This document shows positions 1-10,670 of a stretch of 46,248 nucleotides of DNA, in pieces; the first letter of the stretch is position 1; each line of letters begins with the position of its first letter. Location of the stretch: positions 1 through 46,248 of the forward strand of contig JWZX01002972.1 in NCBI GenBank assembly GCA_001275005.1, read 5' to 3'. The notes beneath the pieces are model-generated. The model did no database searches and was not told where the DNA came from. It saw only the letters and a program-made list of their open reading frames with translations. Source of the stretch: Chrysochromulina tobinii. Its lineage: Eukaryota. Both the position numbers and the translations under genes were made by a program.

Positions 1-256
1 ACCATGCAGAGAAAGTCGCCGCGCGCCACATCGTCGCGTCCTTGGCCGAGGAAGAGCCCGACTTCATTGAGCACGCGACCCTTCTTATGTTTGAGGCCCG
101 TGTGCGCGCGATGCAGAGCCCGGAGATCATTCCCTTGCCCAACGGGCCCGGAATTGTAGTCGTCGGGAGCTCGTCGAGGCTCCGAGGAGGAGGCTTCCAG
201 TCTGGCGGTTGCCAGCGGTCGACGACGCCAGCACCCGCACGCTTGGGTCGCAACAT
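1..256 (-). CDS. 5' part of an ORF running off the left edge; possibly a frameshifted SET-like or transposon-borne gene
   Basis: Minus-strand ATG at 256 opens MLRPKRAGAGVVDRWQPPDWKPPPRS...GLCIART with no stop to base 1. An alternative frame reads GLKHKKGRVLNEVGLFLGQGRDDVARGDFLCM, loosely like the SET-domain N-terminal GLF...G-D/E-F-I-C motif. Truncated, so product uncertain. Confidence 0.3.
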   Translation of the reverse strand, partial: MLRPKRAGAGVVDRWQPPDWKPPPRSLDELPTTTIPGPLGKGMISGLCIARTRASNIRRVACSMKSGSSSAKDATMWRAATFSAW

Positions 257-299
257 GGAAAAATGCGGGTTGCGGGAGTATAGACGATGCACCCGCTTT

Positions 300-668
300 T
301 GTGAAATTCCGAAATTCCCATTTGCAATTCCGGCCCCCAGCGGCATTGGAAACCATGTGAAAATCCCAGATTCCAAGATTAGGATTACATTTCCACGGAG
401 TGTAAGGTGACAGTATCTAGGCTAGGATTACAATTCCCAGTTTCCGAGTTTGAGCCTCAAATTCCCGATTCCACGACTTTTGATGGAAACTGGGAATTTC
501 AACGTCATGGAAAGGCTAGGATTACAATTCCCAGTTTCCGAGTTTGAGCCTCAAATTCCCGATTCCACGACTTTTGTTTGAAACTGGGAATTTCAACGTC
601 ATGGAATTTCGAGGGGGCTAGGATTACAATTCCGAAATTCCGGGATTTCAATTCCAAGTCCGCCCCTG
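300..668 (-). mobile_element. Putative DNA-transposon (hAT-like) terminus with subterminal repeats
   Basis: AT-richer block dense in AATTCC/GGAATT motifs, containing a 94-bp tandem repeat and ending abruptly at 668. The minus strand reads CAGGGGCGGACTTGGAATTG, a CAGGG start typical of hAT TIRs. The partner TIR is not in the window. Confidence 0.45.
419..606. repeat. 94-bp tandem repeat x2 (plus partial third copy at ~616-633), each unit with an internal inverted repeat
   Basis: 419-512 and 513-606 differ at 2 positions. Within unit 1, AATTCCCAGTTTCC (432-445) is the reverse complement of GGAAACTGGGAATT (485-498). Confidence 0.95.
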
Positions 669-754
669 CACTGTCGCCTCACCCGAGTGTATTACATGTA
701 ACTCCCGCTCCCTCCTCAGTCTCGTCAAATCGTCAAAAACTTCATTCGTTTCAT

Positions 755-2632
755 ATGGTGGACGCACCTCCGGCCAAGCGCTTGCGGCGCGTAAGCGTAA
801 GCGACGAGAAAAAGTCGTCCTCGTCGTACGCTGTGCAGCGTGCTGATTCGTTAGCGACGCGTACGCTCGCGGCGATGTACGAAGAGACGGCGCTCATGGA
901 CTGCCGTCTGATCATACATGAGAAGGAGGAGCAGGTGGTTTTCCATGCTCACCGCTCGGTGCTCGCCGCCAGTTCCCGCCCGTTTCATTCGATGCTGCTC
1001 GGGGAGCTGCGAGAGGCATCCTCGGTGCACAATGAGCTCACGCTGCATGAGGTAAGCGCAGCACGCCTCGCCGATCTTCTCAAGTTTCTCTATGGGCACC
1101 CTGTGGACATCGGACCGGAAACGGCGCTGCCACTGTACCGCGTGGCGGACATGTACGAAGTTCTCGATCTCGCCGACCTTTGTTGCGAATACCTGATGCT
1201 TCAGGCGGATGACGTCTCGCAGTGCTGCTTGATGCTGGCTGCGGCGGACGCGGTGCACTGCGCGCCGGTCGTGCAGCACTGTATCCGGGTGATCACGCGC
1301 CACTTCGAGGCGGCGTCACACCACGAGAGCTTCCTGCACGTACCACGCCCGCTACTCGTCTCGCTGCTCGCGGATAAGGAGCTCTTCGTGCGATCTGAGT
1401 CGGAGGTGCTCGATGCCGTCCTTGCGTGGCTCGACTTTGACGAAACACGGCTCCCTGCTCTTCCCGAGCTGGCGACGCTTATCCACTGGCCGCAGCTGCC
1501 AGCCTCGCGCCTCGCGTGGCTCGAGATCGAGAGGCCCGCGCTATTTTACCCCGGCACGCCGCTGACAGAGTACTGCTACGAGGCGTACCGCTACCAAGCG
1601 CTCAAACGCGCGCCGCAGCGTGACGAGGCACTGCTAGCACGGCTCAGTTGCCCACGAACGCGCCGACGCCCACGGCAGCGCTTTAACGCGTCGCAGCTCG
1701 CATTCGTTATGGCGGTGGGCAAGAAGGGGCAGGGGCAGAGCGAGTTCAACTGCCCCGAAGGCATCGCTCTCTCGAGCCAGGGCTGCATCTACGTCGCGGA
1801 CAGCCTCAACCACCGTATCCAGGTCTTCGATTCGAACGGAGCTTTCCTCCGTGCCTTCGGCCAGCACGGCTCATCGAATGGCGACTTCAACATGCCAGGC
1901 GGCGTGGCGGTAGGATCGGACGAGCACGGCAATGAGATCGTCGTGGTGACCGATCAGGGTAACGGCAGGCTCCAGCTGTTCAACGCCGAAGGCGAGTTCC
2001 TACGCGTCATCTCAAGCGCCGGCTCAGAAGATGGGCAGCTCCTCGAGCCGACAGGCGTGGTGATCTCGCCCAAAGGCGACGAGGTCATCGTGGCGGACTA
2101 TCAGAACTGCCGGGTCCAGGTCTTTGATCTCACCGGCCGCTTCTTGCGTAAGTTTGGCAGCCCGGGAGAAGGTGAAGGGCAATTCAAGCACCCGTCGGGC
2201 ATCGCCCTCTCGCCCGATGGACACCTGGTCGTGGCCGACTACCAGAACGACCGGCTGCAGTGCTTCGACGTGGCGACAGGCCGCTTCTTGCGCACCATCG
2301 GCCGTCCCGGCGACCAGGCGGGCGAGTTTGAGCGCCCATTCGACGTGGCCATCGCTTCGGATGGCCACATCCTCGCCACAGACTATGAAAATCACCGCGT
2401 CCAAATCCTCTCGCCCGACGGCGAGTACGTGAGCCACTTTGGCACGCAAGGCTCCGGCATGACGCAGTTCGACTCGCCCGGCGGTGTCGCGGTCAGTGTG
2501 GACGGCGACGTCGTCGTCGTCACCGACTGTGGCAATGGGCGCTTCCACCTGTACCGAGACCAATCGGAGATGCATCCGCCGGCACCGCCCCCAGCCGCAG
2601 CTGGCCCGCCCCGATCCAAAGGCGGTGCGTAG
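755..2632 (+). CDS. BTB/POZ-BACK-NHL repeat protein (putative Cullin-3 substrate adaptor)
   Basis: First ATG at 755 (MVDAPPAKRLRR, NLS-like). BTB motifs FHAHRSVLAASSRPFHSML and LLKFLYG; BACK motif LFVRSESEVLDAVLAWLDFD; six NHL blades (FNCPEGIA, FNMPGGVA, LLEPTGVV, FKHPSGIA, FERPFDVA, FDSPGGVA) with ADxxNxRIQVF. Confidence 0.92.
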   Translation: MVDAPPAKRLRRVSVSDEKKSSSSYAVQRADSLATRTLAAMYEETALMDCRLIIHEKEEQVVFHAHRSVLAASSRPFHSMLLGELREASSVHNELTLHEVSAARLADLLKFLYGHPVDIGPETALPLYRVADMYEVLDLADLCCEYLMLQADDVSQCCLMLAAADAVHCAPVVQHCIRVITRHFEAASHHESFLHVPRPLLVSLLADKELFVRSESEVLDAVLAWLDFDETRLPALPELATLIHWPQLPASRLAWLEIERPALFYPGTPLTEYCYEAYRYQALKRAPQRDEALLARLSCPRTRRRPRQRFNASQLAFVMAVGKKGQGQSEFNCPEGIALSSQGCIYVADSLNHRIQVFDSNGAFLRAFGQHGSSNGDFNMPGGVAVGSDEHGNEIVVVTDQGNGRLQLFNAEGEFLRVISSAGSEDGQLLEPTGVVISPKGDEVIVADYQNCRVQVFDLTGRFLRKFGSPGEGEGQFKHPSGIALSPDGHLVVADYQNDRLQCFDVATGRFLRTIGRPGDQAGEFERPFDVAIASDGHILATDYENHRVQILSPDGEYVSHFGTQGSGMTQFDSPGGVAVSVDGDVVVVTDCGNGRFHLYRDQSEMHPPAPPPAAAGPPRSKGGA

Positions 2633-3171
2633 GGAGACAGGACACGCCAGTGTGCCCGCGACGACGAGCAAGCCGCCGCACCACCTTCTGTCTACTGTAC
2701 CTCGCATATTACGGCTTTACCCCTCACTCCGCTCACTGCCACGCGTAGACAGAAGCACAGAAGGTGCGTCGAGGCTGATGGTCATACGTGAAACGAATCG
2801 TGATAGGTATTAAGGTAATATAATCGAATGGGGTACCCAATGGGATGCTCGGTCCTCGGACAGACGGCAGGGAGAAAGCCCGAGCCCGCGTGTAATTAAC
2901 TAATCGCGTATCCCGTGCTTCGGTGCTTGGCGTTGCTTCCTGATCCTGTGAGATTCTGAAGATCTGAACTCGTGCTCCTCGAGGATCTGAACCGGTCTAC
3001 GTACCGTCGTTTGTCCGTGGGCCGCGCGCTGGGCCGAGATATGTGGTCAGAACCCTGAGTCCACAGTCCTCACTTATTGTCACACTATGCCACACGGAGG
3101 GTCTCCCCCGCCCCCGCAGCCATTCACCGTCGGAATCGCGGATACATCGAGGACGAGCCGCCTATCGGCGC

Positions 3172-4365
3172 CTATATTGAGGGTGGCGAGAGGGCGTGCG
3201 TTAGGCGCGACATGACGGCAGCGATCCGTTCATCGGCTGTCTGCCGCACGAGTATGGATTTGAGCGCGCGTCGCTCGAAGTCTCGCCGCTGCGATGCGAA
3301 CTCGACGCAAAAGTGGCTGAGCTGCCGCTGCAACTCTATAGGCGGGCGCTCCTCCTGCGCACCGTGGTTGATGCACAAGCGAGAGCACATAACGCCGCCA
3401 TCGACCTTCCGGAAGAAGCGCGTCGAGCCACGCCCGGGGAGGCTCGACGATGCGAGCGTCGGGAAGGCGGGCGGCGGCTCGGGTACCCGTAGGCTCTGGA
3501 CCACGAGAGCCTCCTCTGAGTCTGTCGGCTCGAGAGGCCTGCTCGGCAGAGCGTGCTCGTCGAAGTTCTTGTCGGCGTGCGGGTGGACGCGGCGGATGAG
3601 AACCCCGACGCGCCCGTTGTGTGCCTGTGGCCCCCACAGACCCTCAGGGTCGTCGATGTAGATGAGCCGCGTCTCGACGTCCCCAGTCTGCTCGTCAACT
3701 CGGCACTGTGCCACCCACCCTCGAGCCTCCGTGTCACGCGTGAACTCAAAGGAGCCGTCGGCGTAGTACGTGTGCTTCTCGCCGTTGCAGGTGGTGGTCC
3801 AGCCGACAAGCCATGCGGGCAGACGGCGTACCAGGCGCAGCCGCGGGCAACGCGCGTGCAACTGTTGCACGATAGAATAGCCGACAAGAGGGCACGCAGT
3901 GAGGTCAACCTCGACCAGGGTAGCAGCCAGGCTGGAGCTCGATGAGGCTAGTTGGCGGACCCCGCGGTTGGTGACCTGCGGCTGATTGCGAAGGTCGAGG
4001 ACCTCGAGGCATGGCAGCTGCTCGCTCAAGACGAAAAGGTGCTCGTCATTAATGTGCGATGTGTGATCGGCTATCGCCGCCGGAAGCCGCAGAGTTGTTA
4101 GCATCCGCAGGGGCGCCAACGCGAGGCGCATGGAGTGCAACGATGGTGCTAAGTCGGAAAGGTTGTGCGACTCGACCATGCGGCACGATGCGCGCAGCAG
4201 CCTGACAGCATTGAGGGACTCCACGCTTATCCGCGCTAACGTGGCCCACTGCCTCACTGTAGCATGCTGGAAGATCTGACACAGAAGGTCGGCCGGGAGC
4301 GCGGGAGGCTGGGATGCAGAGCCCTCGTCCATCGCGAATAGAAGCGGATGGTGACCCTCCTTCAT
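3172..4365 (-). CDS. F-box-like/leucine-rich repeat protein with unknown C-terminal domain
   Basis: LPADLLCQIFQH..VRQWATLARIS is F-box-like; AMN1-type LRRs LPCLEVLDLRNQPQVTNRGV and LVEVDLTACPLV. Start at ATG 4365 or 4332. Confidence 0.7.
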   Translation of the reverse strand: MKEGHHPLLFAMDEGSASQPPALPADLLCQIFQHATVRQWATLARISVESLNAVRLLRASCRMVESHNLSDLAPSLHSMRLALAPLRMLTTLRLPAAIADHTSHINDEHLFVLSEQLPCLEVLDLRNQPQVTNRGVRQLASSSSSLAATLVEVDLTACPLVGYSIVQQLHARCPRLRLVRRLPAWLVGWTTTCNGEKHTYYADGSFEFTRDTEARGWVAQCRVDEQTGDVETRLIYIDDPEGLWGPQAHNGRVGVLIRRVHPHADKNFDEHALPSRPLEPTDSEEALVVQSLRVPEPPPAFPTLASSSLPGRGSTRFFRKVDGGVMCSRLCINHGAQEERPPIELQRQLSHFCVEFASQRRDFERRALKSILVRQTADERIAAVMSRLTHALSPPSI

Positions 4366-4612
4366 CGCGAACAGGAGCGGATTCTCGACGGTGGTGGAGG
4401 GAATTGGCAGGTGAGTGCTAAGCAGGAAGACTGTGAAGCGGCTGTATTCCACCCAAACTAAACATCTAAACCTGGAATGTCCTCATCCATGTAGGTTCGG
4501 TCAAGACTTCGAATGGCGTCGAGCCGAAACTGCCCGCCCGGGAAAATCGCCGATCTCTCCGCGGTTTTGAAGAGTGAGCAGGTGAGAGGGAGCAGGTGTG
4601 AGTCACACCAGC

Positions 4613-7600
4613 ATGGCTACGACGAGTCGTCTGCAGAAGCTGCAAGCAGCATGCGAGGTGCGCACCAAGTACGGTCTAGATCATCCGCCGTCCTGCATTT
4701 GTCAGCAGCAGCAGTCATTGATTGTGCCGCCGCCGCAGTCAGTGCCCGCCAGCACCACCCGACCCGGATCAGCAGTGCAACCGCCGTCGCGCGTGGTGGA
4801 GGCGCAGCCCAAGCCGGGCGCGGCCACACCGCGGCGCCTTTCATCCACTGCCATTCCCGCAGTTAGCAACGGCTCTAGACCGCGGCCATCAACGGCTGCG
4901 CCTCCAGAGGTGCCACAGCAGCGTGCACCGCCGACAGGTCCACGAGTACCTCCGCAGACCGCGCCGCCGACACGTCCCACGCCGCCGCCCCCATCGCCGC
5001 ACGCAACGCCTCCCGTGGCCGTGTCTGCTGAAGCCGCCTCCGCGCCGATCGGCCCGCCGGGCGTGGCGTGTGCAGCCACTAGCGATGTTATTGGTGATCA
5101 CGCTCGGCAGGGGTTGCTGCAGCAACGCTCTCGCTTCACCGTGGTGCTCCGCGACTCGTACGGCACGCGGCTGCGCAAAGGCGGCGACAAGGTGCGCGCC
5201 TCTTCGCGCGGGCCTGGCCCGCTGCGCCCTTCAGTTGCCGACGAGGGGGATGGCAGCTATACGGTCACATACCTCGCGACTGTGTCCGGCACATACGCGC
5301 TCTCGCTCTCAGTCAACGCAGCGCCGCTCGTCGGCTCTCCACTCGAGATCGCCGTGGAGCCGTCGGTGGCGCACGCGCCCTCGTGCCTGGCAGACGGCAG
5401 CGGGCTGCGCCTCGCCGTCGCGGGCGAGCCCACCTCATTCTTCGTGCGTGCGCACGACGAGTTTGGCAGACCCAAGATTATGGGAGGCGAGAGGTTCGAT
5501 GCGATGGCGCGCTACGTGGGAGGGCTGCTGCCCACGCCCAGCTCACCAGCCAAGGCGGCGCTATCCTCCAGCCCCCAGCTCTCGCCGCGCGACGCCGAGC
5601 GCCGAGCGTACCTGGTCTCCTCTTCGCCCCTCGGAGAAGCCAACGGCACGCTCTCACGCTCGGCCGCTACGAGCGTGCCGCCAACGGCCAAGTCACCGGG
5701 CGTCGTCACGCGGAACGAGTACGAGCTGCCCATCCTCATGTCGGACCTGGGCAACGGCAGCTACGAGGGACGGTACACGGTGCGTTACACCGGCCAGTAT
5801 GAGCTGCGTGTCGAGCGCGATGGCGTACCCATCGGCGGCTCACCCTTCGCGCTGCGCGTCGTGTCTGGGCCGAGCGACCCGGCCTCATGCACACTGAGCG
5901 GCGAGGGTGTGCGCGTGGCTGAGGCCGGCGTGCCCTCGAGCTTCCAGCTCCTGGCGCGCGACCGTTTCGGCAATGCGCGGCGCGCCCAGCCGCTCGTCAA
6001 GACCAACGGAATGGCGTCCGAGGATGCGTTTGACGCGACGCTGGTACCGCTGCGCCTCGAGCATCCGAGCGCGCCCATCAAGTGCCGAGTGGTACCGACT
6101 CCCGACGGCGATGCGTACGAAGTCCAATACACGGCATGTGCGGCCGGCGAGTACGAGGTGCGCGTAGGCCTGCGCGGCGACTACCTGAGCAGCCGCCCGA
6201 CGCTCACGATCCTCCCGACCAAGACATCAGCCGCCGCTTCCACGGCCGAGGGCGAGGGGCTGCTGAGCGCTGTCGCGGGCAGCCGTGCGACCTTCACGAT
6301 TGTGGCGCGCGACCGCTTCGGAAACGCGCGCGACTGCGAGGAGGACATCTTCGAGGTCGCCATCCGGCTCGCTGGTCGCCCCGCCGGCGAGGGCGCCGAC
6401 AGCGCCGACGCCGAGGACGACTTTGGGCATGCGGGTTGGGAGAGAGCCTACGGCGAGGATGCGGGCGCCATCGTGGGCGAGGTCTACCGGCAGGCGGACG
6501 GCACGGCGGCCGCGGTGCTCGTGCCGCGCACATCGGGCCTCGGCTGCGTCGACGTCACGCTCGGCGGCGAGCACATTCGCGGCAGTCCGTTTAGTACGCG
6601 CGTCTCGGGAGGGCCGCCCACCGCATCTGCCTCGTCCGTGAGCGGTACGGGCGCACGCACGGCCGTCGCCGGCGAGCTGACGGCATTCGTGGTGCACGCC
6701 CGTGACTCGTTTGGCAATCACACCGCCCAGGGCGAGCCGCCGACGGTGCGCGTGTGGCCAGGCGCAGACGCGGACGTACGCAGACCGGCGCACGTCACGG
6801 CGCCCGACGGCGCGCTGACGATGAGCGACAATGGTGCGTGGTCGCCGGCGCGCTCGCCGCTAGCAGGCTCGCCGGTGGGTGTGCACGAGCGGCTGCCGCC
6901 CGTGAGCGCGGCGGTGGTGCCGGTGGGCGAGGGCAAGTACTCGGCCTCATACACGGTCGAGACGGCGGGAGAGTACCTGCTCGAGGTGCGCATAGGACGC
7001 GAATTGATCGTAGGTGCGCCCTTCCGCCTGAGCGTCGTGGCGGGCGCCGCGCACCCGCCGAGCTGCCGGCTGCTCCGCGCGGGGCCCGCCGCGGTCACGG
7101 CCGGGCAGACGGCGCTCGTGCGCTTCGAGGCGTGTGACAAGCGCGGCAATCGGTGCACCGAGGGCGGCGAGCCCTTCGAGGTACACCTGACGGTGGACCC
7201 CACCGCTGGCATTGAGCTGCCGGCCATCGCCGAGGCCGCTGAAGAAGCGGCCGCGGCCGCCGACGCGCTCGCTGCGGACGCGGACGGCGGTGCCGCGGGC
7301 ACCGACGCCGAGGCGGTGGCCGCTGGCGTGCTTCCGGACGTGAACCCGGCAGTGACGGCGCGCCGACGGCAGCAGCAAGTGCCGCCCACGCCCACACTGC
7401 TTGACGAGCTGAGCGGCATGTACACCCTGGGGTATGGCTGGAGCCGCGCGGGTGCACTGAAGCTCACGATCAAGCTGCACGGTCTGCACATTGGCGGCTC
7501 GCCGTTGGGGCTGGCGGTGCTGCCCGACGAGCCGCATGCGGCGCACTGCGTGCCATACGGCCTCCACCTGAAGACGAGCGCCACGGACACGCCGCTGCGC

Positions 7601-10142
7601 ATCGGCGTGCTGCTCCGCGACCGCTTCGGCAACCCGTGCGAGCAGTCGCCGCACGGGGTTGCGCTCGTCCTACGCGGGCCCGCCGAGGTGCACGGCGAGC
7701 TTGAGCACGTGCGCCGTGGCGCCGAGGAGGAGGTGACCGCCGTCGCCGCCGTGACCATCGCCGGACGGTACTGGGCGCATCTGTCCCTGCACGGCCACCC
7801 GATCGGAGGGTCGCCGTACCTGATCACTGTGCGCCCGTCCGCCGCGAGCGCGGCCGCCTCGAGCATATGGGGAGATGGGCTGCACACGGCAATGGCGGGC
7901 GTGCCCGCATACTTTGCAGTGCAGCTCAAGGACGCTCTCGGCAACGCCACCGCCGATGGCGTCGAGGAGCTGACTGCGCGCGTCACCACGCCCTCGGTGG
8001 GCGCGCGCATCGCTTTGCCCGCGGCGCCCTCGGCCGACGACGAGGCGACCGGCGCACTAGCGGGCGATGGCTCAGGCGGCGACGCCGCGGTGGGCAGCCG
8101 AGGCGTACCTGAGTGCTCCCTCTACCATGCCTACGACCACGCACCACTCAAGAAAGGCGGCGCCGGCGCCGGCGGTGGAGGCGGAGGCGGAGGCGGAGGC
8201 GGAGGCGGAGGCGGCGAGGCCGACGGCGCCAACGGCGCGGCTCTCGTCGCGCAAAGTGGCTTGGGCGACGGCAGCTCTAGCCCCGGTCTTCTGAGCGGTG
8301 TGTGGCGCACCCTGACCGCGGGACGTCACTACCTTCACATTCAGTTGCGTGGCGAGCCGCTCCCCGGAAGCCCTTTCCCGATCACGGTGCTCGGTGGGCA
8401 CACGCACGCGGGCTCGAGCACGCTCTACCGGCAGGCGGGCGCCGCGGACGCGCTGCAGCCGGGCGAGCTGGTGCTCTGCCAGGTCCTCGCGCGCGACAGG
8501 TGGGGTAACCTACGCGGCGAGGGCGGCGACGACTTTCACGTTCACGTGCGTGGCGGCGCGCGCCCGACCGTGCAGGAGCTGCGCGACCTCGGCTCGGGAG
8601 AATACGAGCTGCGGCTCGTGCTCCCCCTTTCTGGCGACTTTTGGCTGCACGTGACGCACCAGAAGCTCCACCTCAACGGATCGCCCATGCGCATCAACGT
8701 CGCATCGCCCGGCGGCGGCGGCGGCGGCGCTGGAGGCGGCGAAGGCGCCGCCGATACGGACTGGCACCACGAGACTGGCATGTCCAGTCCGCGCCTGCCG
8801 CATCCACTCAGTGGGCGAGCGACGCACAACGGCGGACCCCCGCAGGGGAGCAGCCCGCGCCGCAGCACCAACCCGGCCAGCCCCCGCCAGCTGGGCGGCA
8901 GCCCGCGGGCGGTGGCACCGCCGAGGCCACCGACCGGCACAAGTGCCGCCCTGATGCACCCCGGGCCCGCGCCAAGCGGTCTGATGGGGATGCTCAGTGC
9001 AGGCGTTCTCGAGCTCCCCTCGCCACGCGAGCCGCGGAGCGTGCCGCGCCCGTACCCGTCCCCGGGGGCACCCGCCGACCCCAAGGTCGGGCGTCACTGC
9101 GTCCAGCGCAGCACCCGCCGCGGCGGTGGGCGGCTCGCCGCGGCCGCGCCCAGGGGGCTCGGGGCTCCCTGGGCGCGTTGAGGAGCTGGGGGTGCGCGGT
9201 GTGCGCAGCGGTGCCGTCGCCGGCAGCAGCGGGCCCCTCTCGCCACGTGGTGGCTCCCTCCGCGCCAGCTCGCAGTCGACCTCGCCGCGCCAGCCGTGGC
9301 GCGCGGGCGTTGCGTCTGCCATGCCGCCGCCGCCGCCGCCCGCGGCCGTGCCGTCGCCGCCGCAGCAGCACAGAGCGCCGCCCGCGCCGCCGTCGGCCGC
9401 TGCGGTCACACGGCTCTCTTATGCGGCATTGCCAACCAACACTCGCGTGCGCTCGGTGGCCTTGGGCGAGGGCTTGCACCGCGCGGCGGCTGGCGCCGCG
9501 GCGAGCTTCTCCATCGTGTGCCGCGACTCGAGCGGGCGTACGCTGCGGCCGCCCGATCCATCGGTCGTGCATCTCGCGCTCGAGCTTCCACCCGCCGCGG
9601 CCGTACCACTCGCTCTGCCGCCGAGTAGCGTCCCGCGCGAGGCGCCGGGCACGCCGGCGCCCGAGGTACACATGCTGAGCTCACAGACGAGCGCGGACGG
9701 AGCCGCGTTGCTCGTAAGCTACATGGTGCGCCGCGCGGGCAATGCGCTGCTACACGTGTGCCTGGACACGACGCCGGTGCATGGCTCACCGTTCACGGTG
9801 AGTGTGCAGCCTGGCCCGACGGCCGCGTCCACCTCGAGTGCGCAGGGGGCAGGCCTCGTCCATGCGCTCGTAGGCGTCGAGGCCGCCTTCGTCGTCACGG
9901 CCTTCGATGCCTTCGGCAACCGCAAGCACTCGGGCGGCGACCGCTTTCAGGCTCGCCTCATCGGCGACGCGGACGGCAAACCAGTCAGCCGCTGTGAGCT
10001 CATCGACTGCGAGGACGGCACCTACCTATCGCTCTTCACACCGGATGCAGCGGCCGCCGGCAAGAGCGCGCGTCTTCATGTGACCATCGGCGACGTGCCC
10101 ATCCAAGGCTCGCCATTTGCCGTCACCATCCGCGCAGCATAG
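4613..10142 (+). CDS. Large filamin/ABP280 (Ig-FLMN) repeat protein, ~11 repeats, no actin-binding CH domain; +1 frame break near 9052-9085
   Basis: Repeats of G-G-L..A-AG...F-I-ARD-FGN....D-G-G-Y...Y....G-Y-L-V..G..I-GSPF. Nine repeats in ORF 4598-9181 and two more in ORF 8997-10142, joined by a one-base shift or a possible 34-nt GT-AG intron. Confidence 0.88.
8171..8215 (+). repeat. (GGCGGA)n coding microsatellite, poly-Gly
   Basis: ggcggtggaggcggaggcggaggc... encodes a run of about 15 Gly inside a filamin repeat. Confidence 0.9.
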
Positions 10143-10670
10143 AGGCAGGGGTAATGAGGGGTTATGAGCCATTTTATATGATGATGAGATCCCGGATAAG
10201 GAAGCTTCTAGCTTGAAGGCGACCGGACGGAAGGAACGTGTACACGTCACGTGCGTGAGCGCACTCAGGCAATTCTTTGTCCCACGAATCAAAGACCTAA
10301 GACGAGAGTCGAGAGGACGAGACTCACCTTACGCGTTACGGTGGGGACCTACGTGGTACGACGTACGTCGTACGTGTTTTATTCATTATTCCCGTTTCCG
10401 AACGGATAACGCGCACGACTACGCATCGAGACTACGCACTACGGACTACTGAAGTGAGCAGAGGACGGGACCTTGACGATGCAGTCTTACAAGACTAGCA
10501 CCACCATTTTTAGTACATGCGCATGCCGATCGTTCGAGCTGCACGCTGAGTGGTCAAAAAAGTAGTCAAAGATGACTTTTTAGGAATCTGACAAAACAAA
10601 CCTCACACTGTCTTGCCCGCCGCGCCCTAAACGAGGTGTTGCCCCTTCCGACCGCGAGACGCGGGGTGAG

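Noticed and set aside
419..633. Repeats with internal palindromes as a CRISPR array
   Set aside because: The units are contiguous near-identical tandem copies with no unique spacers, there are no cas genes, and the context is eukaryotic.
578..754. ORF-track N-terminal extension of the BTB-NHL gene
   Set aside because: Starts at TTG inside the repeat element; the first ATG is at 755.
755..10142. NHL gene near a filamin gene as a split TRIM-NHL
   Set aside because: The order is wrong, an opposite-strand gene intervenes, and there is no RING or B-box; probably coincidence.
10356..10373. Perfect 18-bp palindrome GTACGACGTACGTCGTAC
   Set aside because: Short, in a low-complexity ACGT-rich intergenic stretch, with no other support.
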